This document shows, piece by piece, positions 8,141 to 17,297 of a DNA stretch of 41,343 bases (within the stretch, counting starts at the first letter, position 1; the number at the start of each line of letters is the position of its first letter). The position numbers were made by a program, and so were the translations under genes. The DNA comes from Prevotellaceae bacterium. Its GTDB lineage: Bacteria; Bacteroidota; Bacteroidia; Bacteroidales; UBA932. The stretch is from positions 1 to 41,343 of the forward strand of contig JAISGH010000103.1 in assembly GCA_031263185.1 (NCBI GenBank), in the 5' to 3' direction. Below the pieces are notes generated by a model that had not been told where the DNA came from, did not search any database, and saw nothing but the letters and a program-made list of their open reading frames with translations.

Positions 8141-8189
8141 CGCAATAAATCATAGCTATCCGAACTTTTAATCTTTAATTTTTTTGGCG

Positions 8190-9206
8190 ATGAAAATTCT
8201 ATTTATTGGCGGGACAGGCACCATTAGCGCGGCCATTTCTCGCGCACTTCTTGCCGAAGGGCATGAGCTTTACCTTATCAACCGTGGCAGCAGGAACAGC
8301 CTCCTTCCCCAAGGAGCAACTTCGCTGCTGGCCGATGTTAACGACGAGCAAAAAGTAGCAGCGCTAATCAAAGATTTGACCTTTGATGCCGTTGCCGACT
8401 TTATAGCTTTTGTGCCGGAGCACTTGGAGCGCGACTACCGGCTGTTTAAGGGGAAAACAAAGCAGCTGGTTTTCATCAGCTCTGCCTCGGCGTACCAAAA
8501 GCCGCTGTCGGATTACCGAATATCGGAGGGAACGCCGCTTGCCAACCCGCTTTGGAAGTATTCGCGCGACAAAATTGCCTGCGAGGATTACCTAACGCAC
8601 CTGTACCGCACCGAAGGATTTCCGGTAACCATTGTTCGTCCGAGCCACACCTACTGCGAAACCTCCGTCCCGCTTGGGGTGCATGGCGCAAAGGGCAGCT
8701 GGCAGGTGATAAAAAGAATGTTGGAGAAGAAGCCGGTGATTATTCACGGCGACGGCACCTCGCTCTGGACAATGACCGATAGCCGTGATTTTGCGCGGGC
8801 GTTCGTCGGCTTGCTGGGCAACATTCACGCCATTGGCGAGGCCGTACAAATCACCTCCGACGAAACGCTTACGTGGAACCAGATTTACGAGTGCATTGCG
8901 CGCGCGCTGAACGTACCCTTGCGCGCGGTACATGTATCGTCGGAGATGCTGGCTGCCTGCAGCGACTACGATTTTACCGGCGGGCTTATCGGTGATAAGG
9001 CAAACTCTGTTGTGTTTGACAACGCCAAGCTGAAGCGCCTTGTTCCCGGCTTTGCGGCAACAATTCGCTTTGACCAGGGGATAAAGAGAACGGTTGACTA
9101 CATGCTTGCGCACAAGGAGTGCCAACAGCCCGACGAAGAGTTCGATGCATGGTGCGATAAAGTCATTGCTGCCGTAGAAAAAGCTGTAAAAGAAGTTGGA
9201 AGTTGA
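8190..9206 (+). CDS. NAD-dependent epimerase/dehydratase (extended SDR) family protein.
   Basis: N-terminal Rossmann motif MKILFIGGTGTISAAI. The length is about 338 aa. I chose the ATG at 8190 rather than the TTG at 8184 used by the ORF track. Confidence 0.85.
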   Translation: MKILFIGGTGTISAAISRALLAEGHELYLINRGSRNSLLPQGATSLLADVNDEQKVAALIKDLTFDAVADFIAFVPEHLERDYRLFKGKTKQLVFISSASAYQKPLSDYRISEGTPLANPLWKYSRDKIACEDYLTHLYRTEGFPVTIVRPSHTYCETSVPLGVHGAKGSWQVIKRMLEKKPVIIHGDGTSLWTMTDSRDFARAFVGLLGNIHAIGEAVQITSDETLTWNQIYECIARALNVPLRAVHVSSEMLAACSDYDFTGGLIGDKANSVVFDNAKLKRLVPGFAATIRFDQGIKRTVDYMLAHKECQQPDEEFDAWCDKVIAAVEKAVKEVGS

Positions 9207-9238
9207 GAATAAGCCCGCCAAGGGCTACCGAAATTCTC

Positions 9239-9985
<747 letters not shown>

Positions 9986-10549
9986 GCGGAGTTCAGATTT
10001 GAAGTTCAACAAAATTGTACTGCACGATATATAATCTTATGCTGATTACAAACATGTAAAAATACAAAAATATCTTGAATAAGGGCTATCGTCAAAATGA
10101 GTAATGAGTTTAAAAGTGGCAAAATTATATGAAAAAATATATATTATTGAACGTCATATATTTGCTGTTTTTTTGCAGCGCTTGTATCTTTACGGCTATA
10201 TGCTATACTTCGCGTGGCGTGGTTTTGTGCATTGCCCGTTAGGACATTCATATCAATAGAATATGGGCGTCACCGAATTTTTCAAGCGCAAGGCTTTTGA
10301 GCACTTTTGCCATATTTCCTTGCACTTATATCACGTAATGTACAATATGCTGATTTATATATAATTACTACTTTTTCAACAGACCCTATTTAAAGCGACT
10401 ATTTGAAATACACCCGCACCTAAAAATATCGCAGAAAATAGCTGTATATACTTACCCATCAGGATTGTTAAATTTTTAGTGGTATGGTTGAGCCGCTCAA
10501 TAAATGAATTTTGAGCCGCTGAGGAAACCACAATTAAAATCTTTCGCTT

Positions 10550-10557
10550 TACCTTTG
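10550..10557 (+). promoter_or_regulatory. Candidate -7 box TACCTTTG upstream of the flavodoxin-like gene.
   Basis: TAnnTTTG match 28 nt upstream of the ATG at 10585. No good -33 TTTG was seen. Confidence 0.35.
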
Positions 10558-10584
10558 GGCTTTCATTTAAAAAAATAACAGCGT

Positions 10585-11139
10585 ATGAAGAAAATGACGT
10601 TTTTGGCAGCGTCCGTCCTTGCTTTAAGTAGCATTGCGCAGGCGCAGAGCAAGGGAAAAATCCTTATTGCCTACTTTTCGTGGGGCGGAAATACCCGCGA
10701 AGTGGCAAAGCAAATCCAGCAGCAAGCGGGTGGCGATTTGTTCGAAATCGCTACGGTAAAGACTTACCCCGCCGACTACGACGATTGCGTGGCGGAAGCC
10801 AAGCAAGAGCAGCAAGCCGACGCCCGTCCGCCGCTTGCAGCTGAGGTAAAGGATATGGCGGCTTACGACGCAGTTTTTGTGGGCTACCCCAACTGGTGGG
10901 GAACGATGCCCATGGCGCTGTTCACCTTTTTGGAAAAGTACGACCTCGGCGGCAAATCCGTTATCCCGTTCTGTACGCACGGCGGCGGGCGCTTGGGGCG
11001 TAGCGTGAACGACCTTCAAAAGTTGTGCCCCAACGCTACCCTCCTCGAAGGGCTGGCCGTTAGCAGCAACATGTCAAAGCGCTCAAAAGACGATGTAGCG
11101 CAGTGGCTGCAAAAAATAGGAATGATAAACGGTAAATAA
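10585..11139 (+). CDS. Exported flavodoxin-like protein (Flavodoxin_4-like).
   Basis: Sec-type signal MKKMTFLAASVLALSSIAQA. This is followed by KILIAYFSWGGNTREVAKQI...YDAVFVGYPNWWGTMP...VIPFCTHGGG, which is typical of this flavodoxin family. Confidence 0.8.
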   Translation: MKKMTFLAASVLALSSIAQAQSKGKILIAYFSWGGNTREVAKQIQQQAGGDLFEIATVKTYPADYDDCVAEAKQEQQADARPPLAAEVKDMAAYDAVFVGYPNWWGTMPMALFTFLEKYDLGGKSVIPFCTHGGGRLGRSVNDLQKLCPNATLLEGLAVSSNMSKRSKDDVAQWLQKIGMINGK

Positions 11140-11159
11140 AAAGAAATAAAATAAAACGT

Positions 11160-12665
11160 ATGCTACGAAAAGTTAGAACCATCCTCGCCTGTATTTTCTT
11201 TTTGCTGATTACGCTGCTATTCCTTGACTTTACGGGGACAATGCATCTGTGGTTTGGCTGGCTGGCAAAAATACAGCTCATGCCGGCAATACTGTCGGCT
11301 GCTACTGCCGCAGTAGCGTTTATTGTAATTCTCACGCTGCTTTTCGGGCGTGTTTACTGCTCTGTAATCTGTCCGCTGGGCGTACTTCAGGATAGCGTGT
11401 CCTGTGTTGCAGGCAAAAGAAAGAAAAATCGGTTTCGCCATTCTCCGGCCAAATCGTGGCTGCGCTACGGCGTACTTGGGCTATTTGTTGCTGCCGCTAT
11501 CTTGGGGGGCAGCGCGGTGGTGTCCTTACTTGACCCTTACGCTGCCTACGGGCGAATAGCGTCGAACTTTTTCGCTCCGCTGTACCGCGGTGGAAATAAT
11601 CTGCTGGACTGGCTTGCAGAGCGGGTAGGCAGCTACGCTTTTTACCCAACAGAGGTGTGGATAAAAGGATGGATAACATTTGGAGTAGCAGCGGCTACGC
11701 TGGCTGCCGTCGGCATACTCGCCTGGCGCAACGGGCGTACCTACTGCAACACGATATGTCCGGTGGGGACGGCGCTTGGATTTCTTTCCCGTTTTTCGAT
11801 TTTCAAGCTGACAGTTGACACGGAGAAATGTAAAAAATGCGGCCTGTGTGAGCGAAACTGTAAGGCTTCGTGCATTGATTCTAAAAATCACACCTTAGAT
11901 AAAAGCCGCTGCGTAGCGTGCTTCACCTGCGTGGAAAAATGCAGGTTTGGAGCAATGAAGTATGCGCCGGTAAGCATTGGGAAAAAGAAAAATATCAAGC
12001 CCGAGGCGGACGGCAAAAAAAATAGCGCGGATGGCGGCGTGTCTCGCCGCGGTTTCATGTCAATAGCCGGAATCCTCGCGCTAACGCAAACGATAAAGGC
12101 GCAGCAGCTTAAAGTAGACGGCGGGTTTGCTGATATTTTGGATAAGAAGGCGCCGGAGCGGAAAACGCCCATTGCGCCTCCGGGAGCTGCGAGCTTGCGC
12201 AACATGAACAAGCGCTGCACCGGCTGCCAGCTTTGCGTATCCGTGTGCCCCAGCGGTGTGCTGCGTCCGTCGGGTAAGCTCGAAACCCTGATGCAGCCCG
12301 AAATGTCATACGAAAAAGGCTACTGCCGCCCGGAGTGTACCGAGTGCTCGCAGGTTTGCCCAACGGGCGCCATTCGGAAGATTGCTCCGGCCGATAAGTC
12401 TGCCATTTCCATAGGTAAGGCTGTATGGGTGGAGGATACCTGCCTTGTAAATCGCGACAAAATACAGTGCCAGAGCTGCGTGGATAGTTGCTTGACAGGC
12501 GCTATCACCCTTGTTGCCATCAACCCGGAAGACAAAAAATCGCTGAAGCTTCCGGCGATTGACAAAGAGCAGTGCATAGGATGCGGAGCTTGCGAAAATC
12601 TTTGCCCTGCGCGCCCGTTCAGCGCTATTTACGTGGAGGGAAATGTTGTACATCATTCAATTTAA
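11160..12665 (+). CDS. Membrane polyferredoxin, apparently a NapH-like N-terminal half fused to a NapG-like C-terminal half.
   Basis: Several N-terminal hydrophobic helices. Two CX3CP motifs (CSVICPLG, CNTICPVG). CX2CX2CX3C motifs (CKKCGLCERNC, CVACFTCVEKC). An internal twin-arginine-like segment SRRGFMSIAGILALTQTIKA. Further cluster motifs CTGCQLCVSVCP, CTECSQVCP and CIGCGACENLCP. Confidence 0.8.
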   Translation: MLRKVRTILACIFFLLITLLFLDFTGTMHLWFGWLAKIQLMPAILSAATAAVAFIVILTLLFGRVYCSVICPLGVLQDSVSCVAGKRKKNRFRHSPAKSWLRYGVLGLFVAAAILGGSAVVSLLDPYAAYGRIASNFFAPLYRGGNNLLDWLAERVGSYAFYPTEVWIKGWITFGVAAATLAAVGILAWRNGRTYCNTICPVGTALGFLSRFSIFKLTVDTEKCKKCGLCERNCKASCIDSKNHTLDKSRCVACFTCVEKCRFGAMKYAPVSIGKKKNIKPEADGKKNSADGGVSRRGFMSIAGILALTQTIKAQQLKVDGGFADILDKKAPERKTPIAPPGAASLRNMNKRCTGCQLCVSVCPSGVLRPSGKLETLMQPEMSYEKGYCRPECTECSQVCPTGAIRKIAPADKSAISIGKAVWVEDTCLVNRDKIQCQSCVDSCLTGAITLVAINPEDKKSLKLPAIDKEQCIGCGACENLCPARPFSAIYVEGNVVHHSI

Positions 12666-12667
12666 CC

Positions 12668-14059
12668 ATGAAACAGAAAAGTAAAGCAGCCATTAACCGT
12701 AGAGATTTTTTTAAGGTGGCCGCAGCAGGAACCGTAACTGCCGGCACCCTTGTGTACCAAGGCTGCAAGCCTCGAAGCAGCGCCTCGTCCGAAGGCGGCG
12801 GCGCTGTTGGCGAAGTGCCTACCAACGGAATGACCTACCGTACTAACCCGCATACGGGAGACGTGGTGTCGCTTTTGGGGTACGGATGTATGCGCTGGCC
12901 GCTGAGGAAAAAGGCCGATGGCAGCGGCGAAGAAGTCGATCAGGAAATTGTTAACATGCTGGTGGATTACGCCATTGAGCACGGCGTTAACTATTTTGAC
13001 ACGGCGCCCGTGTACATTCGCGGCTGGTCGGAAACGGCAACAGGCATTGCCCTAAAGCGGCATCCGCGCAACAAGTTCTTCATTGCCACCAAAATGTCCA
13101 ACTCCAGCGACTTCAGCAGGCAAACCGCCATCAACATGTACAATAACTCTTTCAAGGCTTTGCAGGTTGACTATATTGACTACTACCTTCTCCACTCGGT
13201 TGGCGGCGGCAACGGGGTGGAAACATTCCTGCAACGCTACATAGAAAACGGCGTTTTGGATTTCCTGATTGCAGAGCGTAAGGCAGGCCGTATCCGCAAT
13301 TTGGGATGGTCGTTTCACGGCGATGTGAAGGTTTTTGACTACGTGCTGGCAATGGATATTCAGTGGGATTTTTGTCAGATACAGCTTAACTATCAGGACT
13401 GGCACAATGCAACCGGACGAAATGTCAACGCAGAATACCTTTACGAAGAGCTTGTAAAGCGTAACGTTCCGGCGGTAATCATGGAGCCTTTGCTGGGAGG
13501 TCGCCTTGCAAGGGTTCCGGTGCAGGCATTCTCGATGATGAAAGAAGTTCACCCTCAGGACACGCCGGCGCAGTGGGCGTTTCGGTACGCCGGTACGCCG
13601 GAAAATGTTTTGACCGTGCTTAGCGGCATGGTCTATATGGAGTACCTGCAGGAGGATATACGCACCTACGCGCCGCTTGTGCCGCTCAACGAGCAGGAGT
13701 ACAAAACGCTCGAAGAGGTAACCAAAGTGCTGATTGACTCGGATTATATCCAGTGCACAGAGTGCCAATACTGTATGCCGTGCCCCTACGGTATTGACAT
13801 TCCCGGCACGTTTGGGCACTACAACCGCTGCGTAAGCGCCGGAAAAATATTGAAAAGCGCAAACGACAACAGCTACAAAGAAGCGCGCCGTACATTTTTG
13901 GTTGGGTATGACCGCAGCGTTCCCAAGCTGCGCCAGGCCGACCACTGCATTGGCTGCGACATTTGCAGGCCTCGCTGCCCGCAAAGAATAAACATCCCGA
14001 GCGAAATGCGCCGCATTAACCGCTATGCGGAAAATCTGAAGCAAAAATCGGTATTTTGA
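12668..14059 (+). CDS. Tat-exported aldo/keto reductase with C-terminal Cys-rich 4Fe-4S-type motifs.
   Basis: Starts MKQKSKAAINRRDFFKVAAAG (twin-arginine signal) 2 nt after the preceding stop. AKR core (LGYGCMRWP...NYFDTAPVY...DYYLLH). C-terminal CTECQYCMPCP and CIGCDICRPRCP. The 12572 start in the ORF track would overlap the upstream gene. Confidence 0.85.
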   Translation: MKQKSKAAINRRDFFKVAAAGTVTAGTLVYQGCKPRSSASSEGGGAVGEVPTNGMTYRTNPHTGDVVSLLGYGCMRWPLRKKADGSGEEVDQEIVNMLVDYAIEHGVNYFDTAPVYIRGWSETATGIALKRHPRNKFFIATKMSNSSDFSRQTAINMYNNSFKALQVDYIDYYLLHSVGGGNGVETFLQRYIENGVLDFLIAERKAGRIRNLGWSFHGDVKVFDYVLAMDIQWDFCQIQLNYQDWHNATGRNVNAEYLYEELVKRNVPAVIMEPLLGGRLARVPVQAFSMMKEVHPQDTPAQWAFRYAGTPENVLTVLSGMVYMEYLQEDIRTYAPLVPLNEQEYKTLEEVTKVLIDSDYIQCTECQYCMPCPYGIDIPGTFGHYNRCVSAGKILKSANDNSYKEARRTFLVGYDRSVPKLRQADHCIGCDICRPRCPQRINIPSEMRRINRYAENLKQKSVF

Positions 14060-14064
14060 TAGCC

Positions 14065-14655
14065 ATGAAAGAAATAGTGGATATGCTGCGCGAAGGGAAA
14101 TATTCGTGCGTTATCAGAAACGGAGAAATCCGCACGTTCACGCGGCCGGGCGTAATTGACGCGTACTGCCTGCTGAAAAATGAGCCGGCTTTTCTGAAAG
14201 GAGCGTCGGTAGCCGATAAGGTTGTCGGGAAAGGCGCTGCTGCGCTCTTTGCCTTGGGCGAAGTAAGCGAGCTTTACGCAGACGTAATCAGTACGCCGGC
14301 GCTTGATTTGCTGAAAAAAACACCTGTCAAGGCGCTTTACAGGGAAGAAGTTCCTGCTATTAAAAACAAGTTGAATACGGGATTATGCCCGCTTGAGGCC
14401 AAGTGCGCCGGCAAAAATTCCGCCGCCGACATTCTTCCCCTTATTGATGACTTTATGAAAGAAAAATTACAGAACAAATGCGAATCAGTGGTAGAAAAAG
14501 TTGAATTACAATTTTGTAAAGACCTCACCCCCTGCCCCTCTCCGAAGGAGAGGGGAGCAAAGCCGCAACAGCTACCCTCGTGTACCGACTCCCCTCTCCT
14601 TCGGAGAGGGGCAGGGGGTGAGGTCTCAACCCTTAATTCGCAGAACAAAGTATAA
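14065..14655 (+). CDS. DUF1893 (TM1506-like) domain protein whose 3' end reads into a palindromic repeat element.
   Basis: MKEIVDMLREGKYSCVIRNGEIRTF...ADKVVGKGAAALFALGEV..YADVIS.PALDLL resembles the DUF1893 family as I recall it. The last ~45 codons (DLTPCPSPKERGAK...) are encoded by the repeat at 14521-14625. Confidence 0.7.
   Translation: MKEIVDMLREGKYSCVIRNGEIRTFTRPGVIDAYCLLKNEPAFLKGASVADKVVGKGAAALFALGEVSELYADVISTPALDLLKKTPVKALYREEVPAIKNKLNTGLCPLEAKCAGKNSAADILPLIDDFMKEKLQNKCESVVEKVELQFCKDLTPCPSPKERGAKPQQLPSCTDSPLLRRGAGGEVSTLNSQNKV
14521..14625. repeat. GC-rich nested palindromic element (REP/MITE-like).
   Basis: Arms 14521-14556 and 14590-14625 are perfect 36-bp reverse complements. Each arm contains its own palindrome cccctctccGAAGgagagggg. 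The spacer is 33 bp. Confidence 0.9.
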
Positions 14656-14666
14656 ATTAGAAGTAT

Positions 14667-14731
14667 CACATTAAAATCACCACATTTAAAATCATCACAT
14701 TTAAAACCATTACATTTAAAACCACTACATT
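14667..14731 (+). repeat. About 4.4 tandem copies of a 15-bp unit (YACATTTAAAAYCAY) abutting a start codon.
   Basis: Units cacattaaaatcac, cacatttaaaatcat, cacatttaaaaccat and tacatttaaaaccac, then a partial tacat that leads into the ATG at 14732. Confidence 0.9.
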
Positions 14732-15244
14732 ATGACACCTGCAAGCGTTAGATTTTATTCCTTTGGCTACAACGAGGCCAAAACTTACTTAGCTGCCTCC
14801 CTATTTGCGGTAGGAAATATTGCTTTGCCGCAGCTTTTTCATCTCGTGCCACAGGGCGGCATGACTTGGCTTCCGATTTACTTCTTTACGCTCATTGCCG
14901 CGTACAAGTACGGCTGGAAGGTCGGGTTGCTTACCGCAATTTTGTCTCCTCTGGTAAATTCGACCATTTTCGGGATGCCCGCATTGGCGTCTCTTCCCGC
15001 CATCCTCATTAAATCCATGCTGCTGGCGGTTGCCGCAAGCCTTGCCGCAAAGCATTTTGGTAAGGTTACCATTCTCCTGCTGCTGGGAGTTGTGCTATCG
15101 TACCAAGTTGTGGGTTCGCTGGCGGAGTGGCTCATAACCGCAAGCTTCAACGCCGCTACTCAAGACTTCCGCATGGCAATTCCGGGCATGCTGCTTCAAG
15201 TATTAGGAGGCTACGCTTTCATCAGGTTCGTACTAAAAAAATAG
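14732..15244 (+). CDS. Small polytopic membrane protein, possibly a vitamin-type (ECF S-component-like) transporter subunit.
   Basis: 170 aa with about 5-6 hydrophobic helices. The family assignment is only an impression from size and topology. Confidence 0.5.
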   Translation: MTPASVRFYSFGYNEAKTYLAASLFAVGNIALPQLFHLVPQGGMTWLPIYFFTLIAAYKYGWKVGLLTAILSPLVNSTIFGMPALASLPAILIKSMLLAVAASLAAKHFGKVTILLLLGVVLSYQVVGSLAEWLITASFNAATQDFRMAIPGMLLQVLGGYAFIRFVLKK

Positions 15245-15248
15245 CTTA

Positions 15249-17153
15249 GTGAAAAAACTCTCTTTTGCTTCTTTACTGTGCCTTTCCTGCGCGGCGTACG
15301 CGCAGGAAGCGGCGCAGGACAGTATTACTCACAACCTCGGAGATGTGGTGGTTACCGCCACCCGTACAGAGGTAAACCGTAGCAATGTACCCATGACCAT
15401 ATCGGTGGTGGGGCGCGAAGAAATAGAGCAAAGCGGCGAGTCGTCGGCGCTCTCAGCCTTGAGCGGACGGGTGCCGGGCTTGTTTATCACCGAGCGCGGC
15501 GTTACAGGTTTTGGCGTTTCAAACGGCGGCACGGGTGGTATCAGTATTCGCGGCGTTGGCGGATCGCCGACAACGGAAGTGCTGGTGCTCATCGACGGAC
15601 ATCCGCAGTACATGGGCGTTATGGGGCATCCGCTGCCCGACGCCTACATCGCCTCCGACGTAGAAAGAATAGAGGTAATACGCGGCCCCGCCTCGGTTCT
15701 TTACGGCAGCAACGCTATGGGCGGCGTGATTAACCTCATCTCGCGCCGGCAGACTTCCGACGGGTGGAAAGCAAACGCCCGCCTGATGTACGGCTCGTTC
15801 AACACGCAAAAGTATTCCGCTAATGCAGGCATCAACAAAAATAGCTTCGACGGCTTTATCTCCGTTAACCACGACCGAACCGACGGGCACCGCGATAACT
15901 CGCCTTTCAACCTGACCGGCGTTAACGGCCGCGTGGGCTATCGCCCGCTGGAGCAGCTGTATGTACATCTTGACGCAAATGTAGCCTCGTATATGGCGCA
16001 AAATCCGGGGGAAGAAGCCGCTCCCGTGTTTGATAACATTGCCGATATCCTGCGCGGCGAGGCGGCGTTAACAGTCGAAAATCATTTTGACAAAAACGGC
16101 GGCACCATCAAGCTGTTCTACAACTTCGGCGACCACTACATTAACGACGGGTACTATGACAGCAGATTTTCCACGCTCACGCCTCAGGTGTCACGCCCCA
16201 ACCGTTTTAAATCCAACGACCACAACTACGGTGTGCTGCTTTACCAAAGTGTCCGATTATTTAAAGGAAATACCATTACCGCCGGCATAGACTACAAGAA
16301 TTACGGCGGCTTTGCGCGGCAGGTGAACGCCGAAACAGGCGATGTGGCAGACGTTTTGCTCGCCGACACTTCATTTTACGAGGCGGCGGGGTACCTTACG
16401 GTTCAGCAGACGCTGTTTGACCGCTTTACGCTGAACGTCGGCGGGCGCTACGAGCACAACCAGCTCTACGGCGGCGAGTGGGCGCCGCAGGCAGGAATAA
16501 CTTATGCGCCGCAGAAAACAACCATACTGAAAGCCTCTGTAGCCAAAGGTTACCGTAGCCCTACGCTGCGCGATATCTTTATGTTTGTCCCTGTCCGCAA
16601 CCCCGACCTGAAGCCGGAGCGCATGTGGAATTACGAAGTATCGTGGGAGCAAAAGCTGTTAGGCAACCGGCTTTCGTTTGAGCTCACCGGTTTTATTGCC
16701 GATGGCAGCGGGCTTATTCAACGAGTAGGCAACCAAAATGTCAATAGCGGCAATTTCCGTAACACCGGCGCCGAGGTAGCCGTCAAATATCAGCCTTTGC
16801 AGCACTTGCACCTGCACGGCAGCTACTCCTACCTTCACATGCCCGCCGACAAGCGTGTTGCCTACGCTCCCGAGCAAATGGCGGAGCTCTCTGCCGCATA
16901 CGCAGGGCTGAAAAAGTGGAATTTCAACGCCGGCTATCGCTACGTAAAGGATGTGTATTCCAACGTCAGCACAGGCATCAAAAGCAGCTACGGATTGCTC
17001 GACGCGCAGATTTCGTACCGTCCCCTACAATGGCTCAACGTATTTGTAAAGGGTGAAAATCTTACCGATAAAAAATACGAAATTGTTACAGGGTACCCAA
17101 TGCCGGGTATTACAGTAATGGGGGGAGTAAGCGTGTCGCTCGGCAGCCGATAG
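15249..17153 (+). CDS. TonB-dependent outer-membrane receptor (small BtuB/CirA-size class).
   Basis: Signal peptide. Plug region LGDVVVTATRTE...ISVVGREEIEQSG. Motif IEVIRGPASVLYGSNAMGGVINLI. Total length is 634 aa. It has a GTG start 4 nt after the previous stop. Confidence 0.9.
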   Translation: MKKLSFASLLCLSCAAYAQEAAQDSITHNLGDVVVTATRTEVNRSNVPMTISVVGREEIEQSGESSALSALSGRVPGLFITERGVTGFGVSNGGTGGISIRGVGGSPTTEVLVLIDGHPQYMGVMGHPLPDAYIASDVERIEVIRGPASVLYGSNAMGGVINLISRRQTSDGWKANARLMYGSFNTQKYSANAGINKNSFDGFISVNHDRTDGHRDNSPFNLTGVNGRVGYRPLEQLYVHLDANVASYMAQNPGEEAAPVFDNIADILRGEAALTVENHFDKNGGTIKLFYNFGDHYINDGYYDSRFSTLTPQVSRPNRFKSNDHNYGVLLYQSVRLFKGNTITAGIDYKNYGGFARQVNAETGDVADVLLADTSFYEAAGYLTVQQTLFDRFTLNVGGRYEHNQLYGGEWAPQAGITYAPQKTTILKASVAKGYRSPTLRDIFMFVPVRNPDLKPERMWNYEVSWEQKLLGNRLSFELTGFIADGSGLIQRVGNQNVNSGNFRNTGAEVAVKYQPLQHLHLHGSYSYLHMPADKRVAYAPEQMAELSAAYAGLKKWNFNAGYRYVKDVYSNVSTGIKSSYGLLDAQISYRPLQWLNVFVKGENLTDKKYEIVTGYPMPGITVMGGVSVSLGSR

Positions 17154-17297
17154 CAAACTGTCATAATACCGGCACTTGGGCCGGAGCGTATGTCGGAAAT
17201 GTATCAATGCCGACAACTCTTTTTTTTGATGCTGATGTTCTCAACTTCAGCGGTATCTCTGATGCCTATACCAGCCTATACCACTATCAATCTTTTT

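Noticed and set aside
7980-8171. 63-aa ORF in the island/core junction.
   Set aside because: It has no motif, overlaps candidate promoter elements for both flanking transcription units, and has atypical composition.
10013-10584. Cobalamin, TPP or other riboswitch, or a Fur box, ahead of the flavodoxin/TonB-receptor cluster.
   Set aside because: I could not find the conserved B12-box-like GCCACUG core, the TPP CUGAGA/ACCUGAUCUGGAUAAUGCCAGCG pattern or a GATAATGATAATCATTATC-like palindrome. Only an Infernal/Rfam scan could settle this.
12572-12667. N-terminal extension of the aldo/keto reductase ORF. Related cases are the TTG/GTG-initiated extensions at 8184, 10012, 14056, 28957, 34709 and 38248.
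   Set aside because: The extensions overlap upstream genes or precede a canonical signal peptide or conserved N-terminus that starts at a downstream ATG. I used the downstream ATG in each case.
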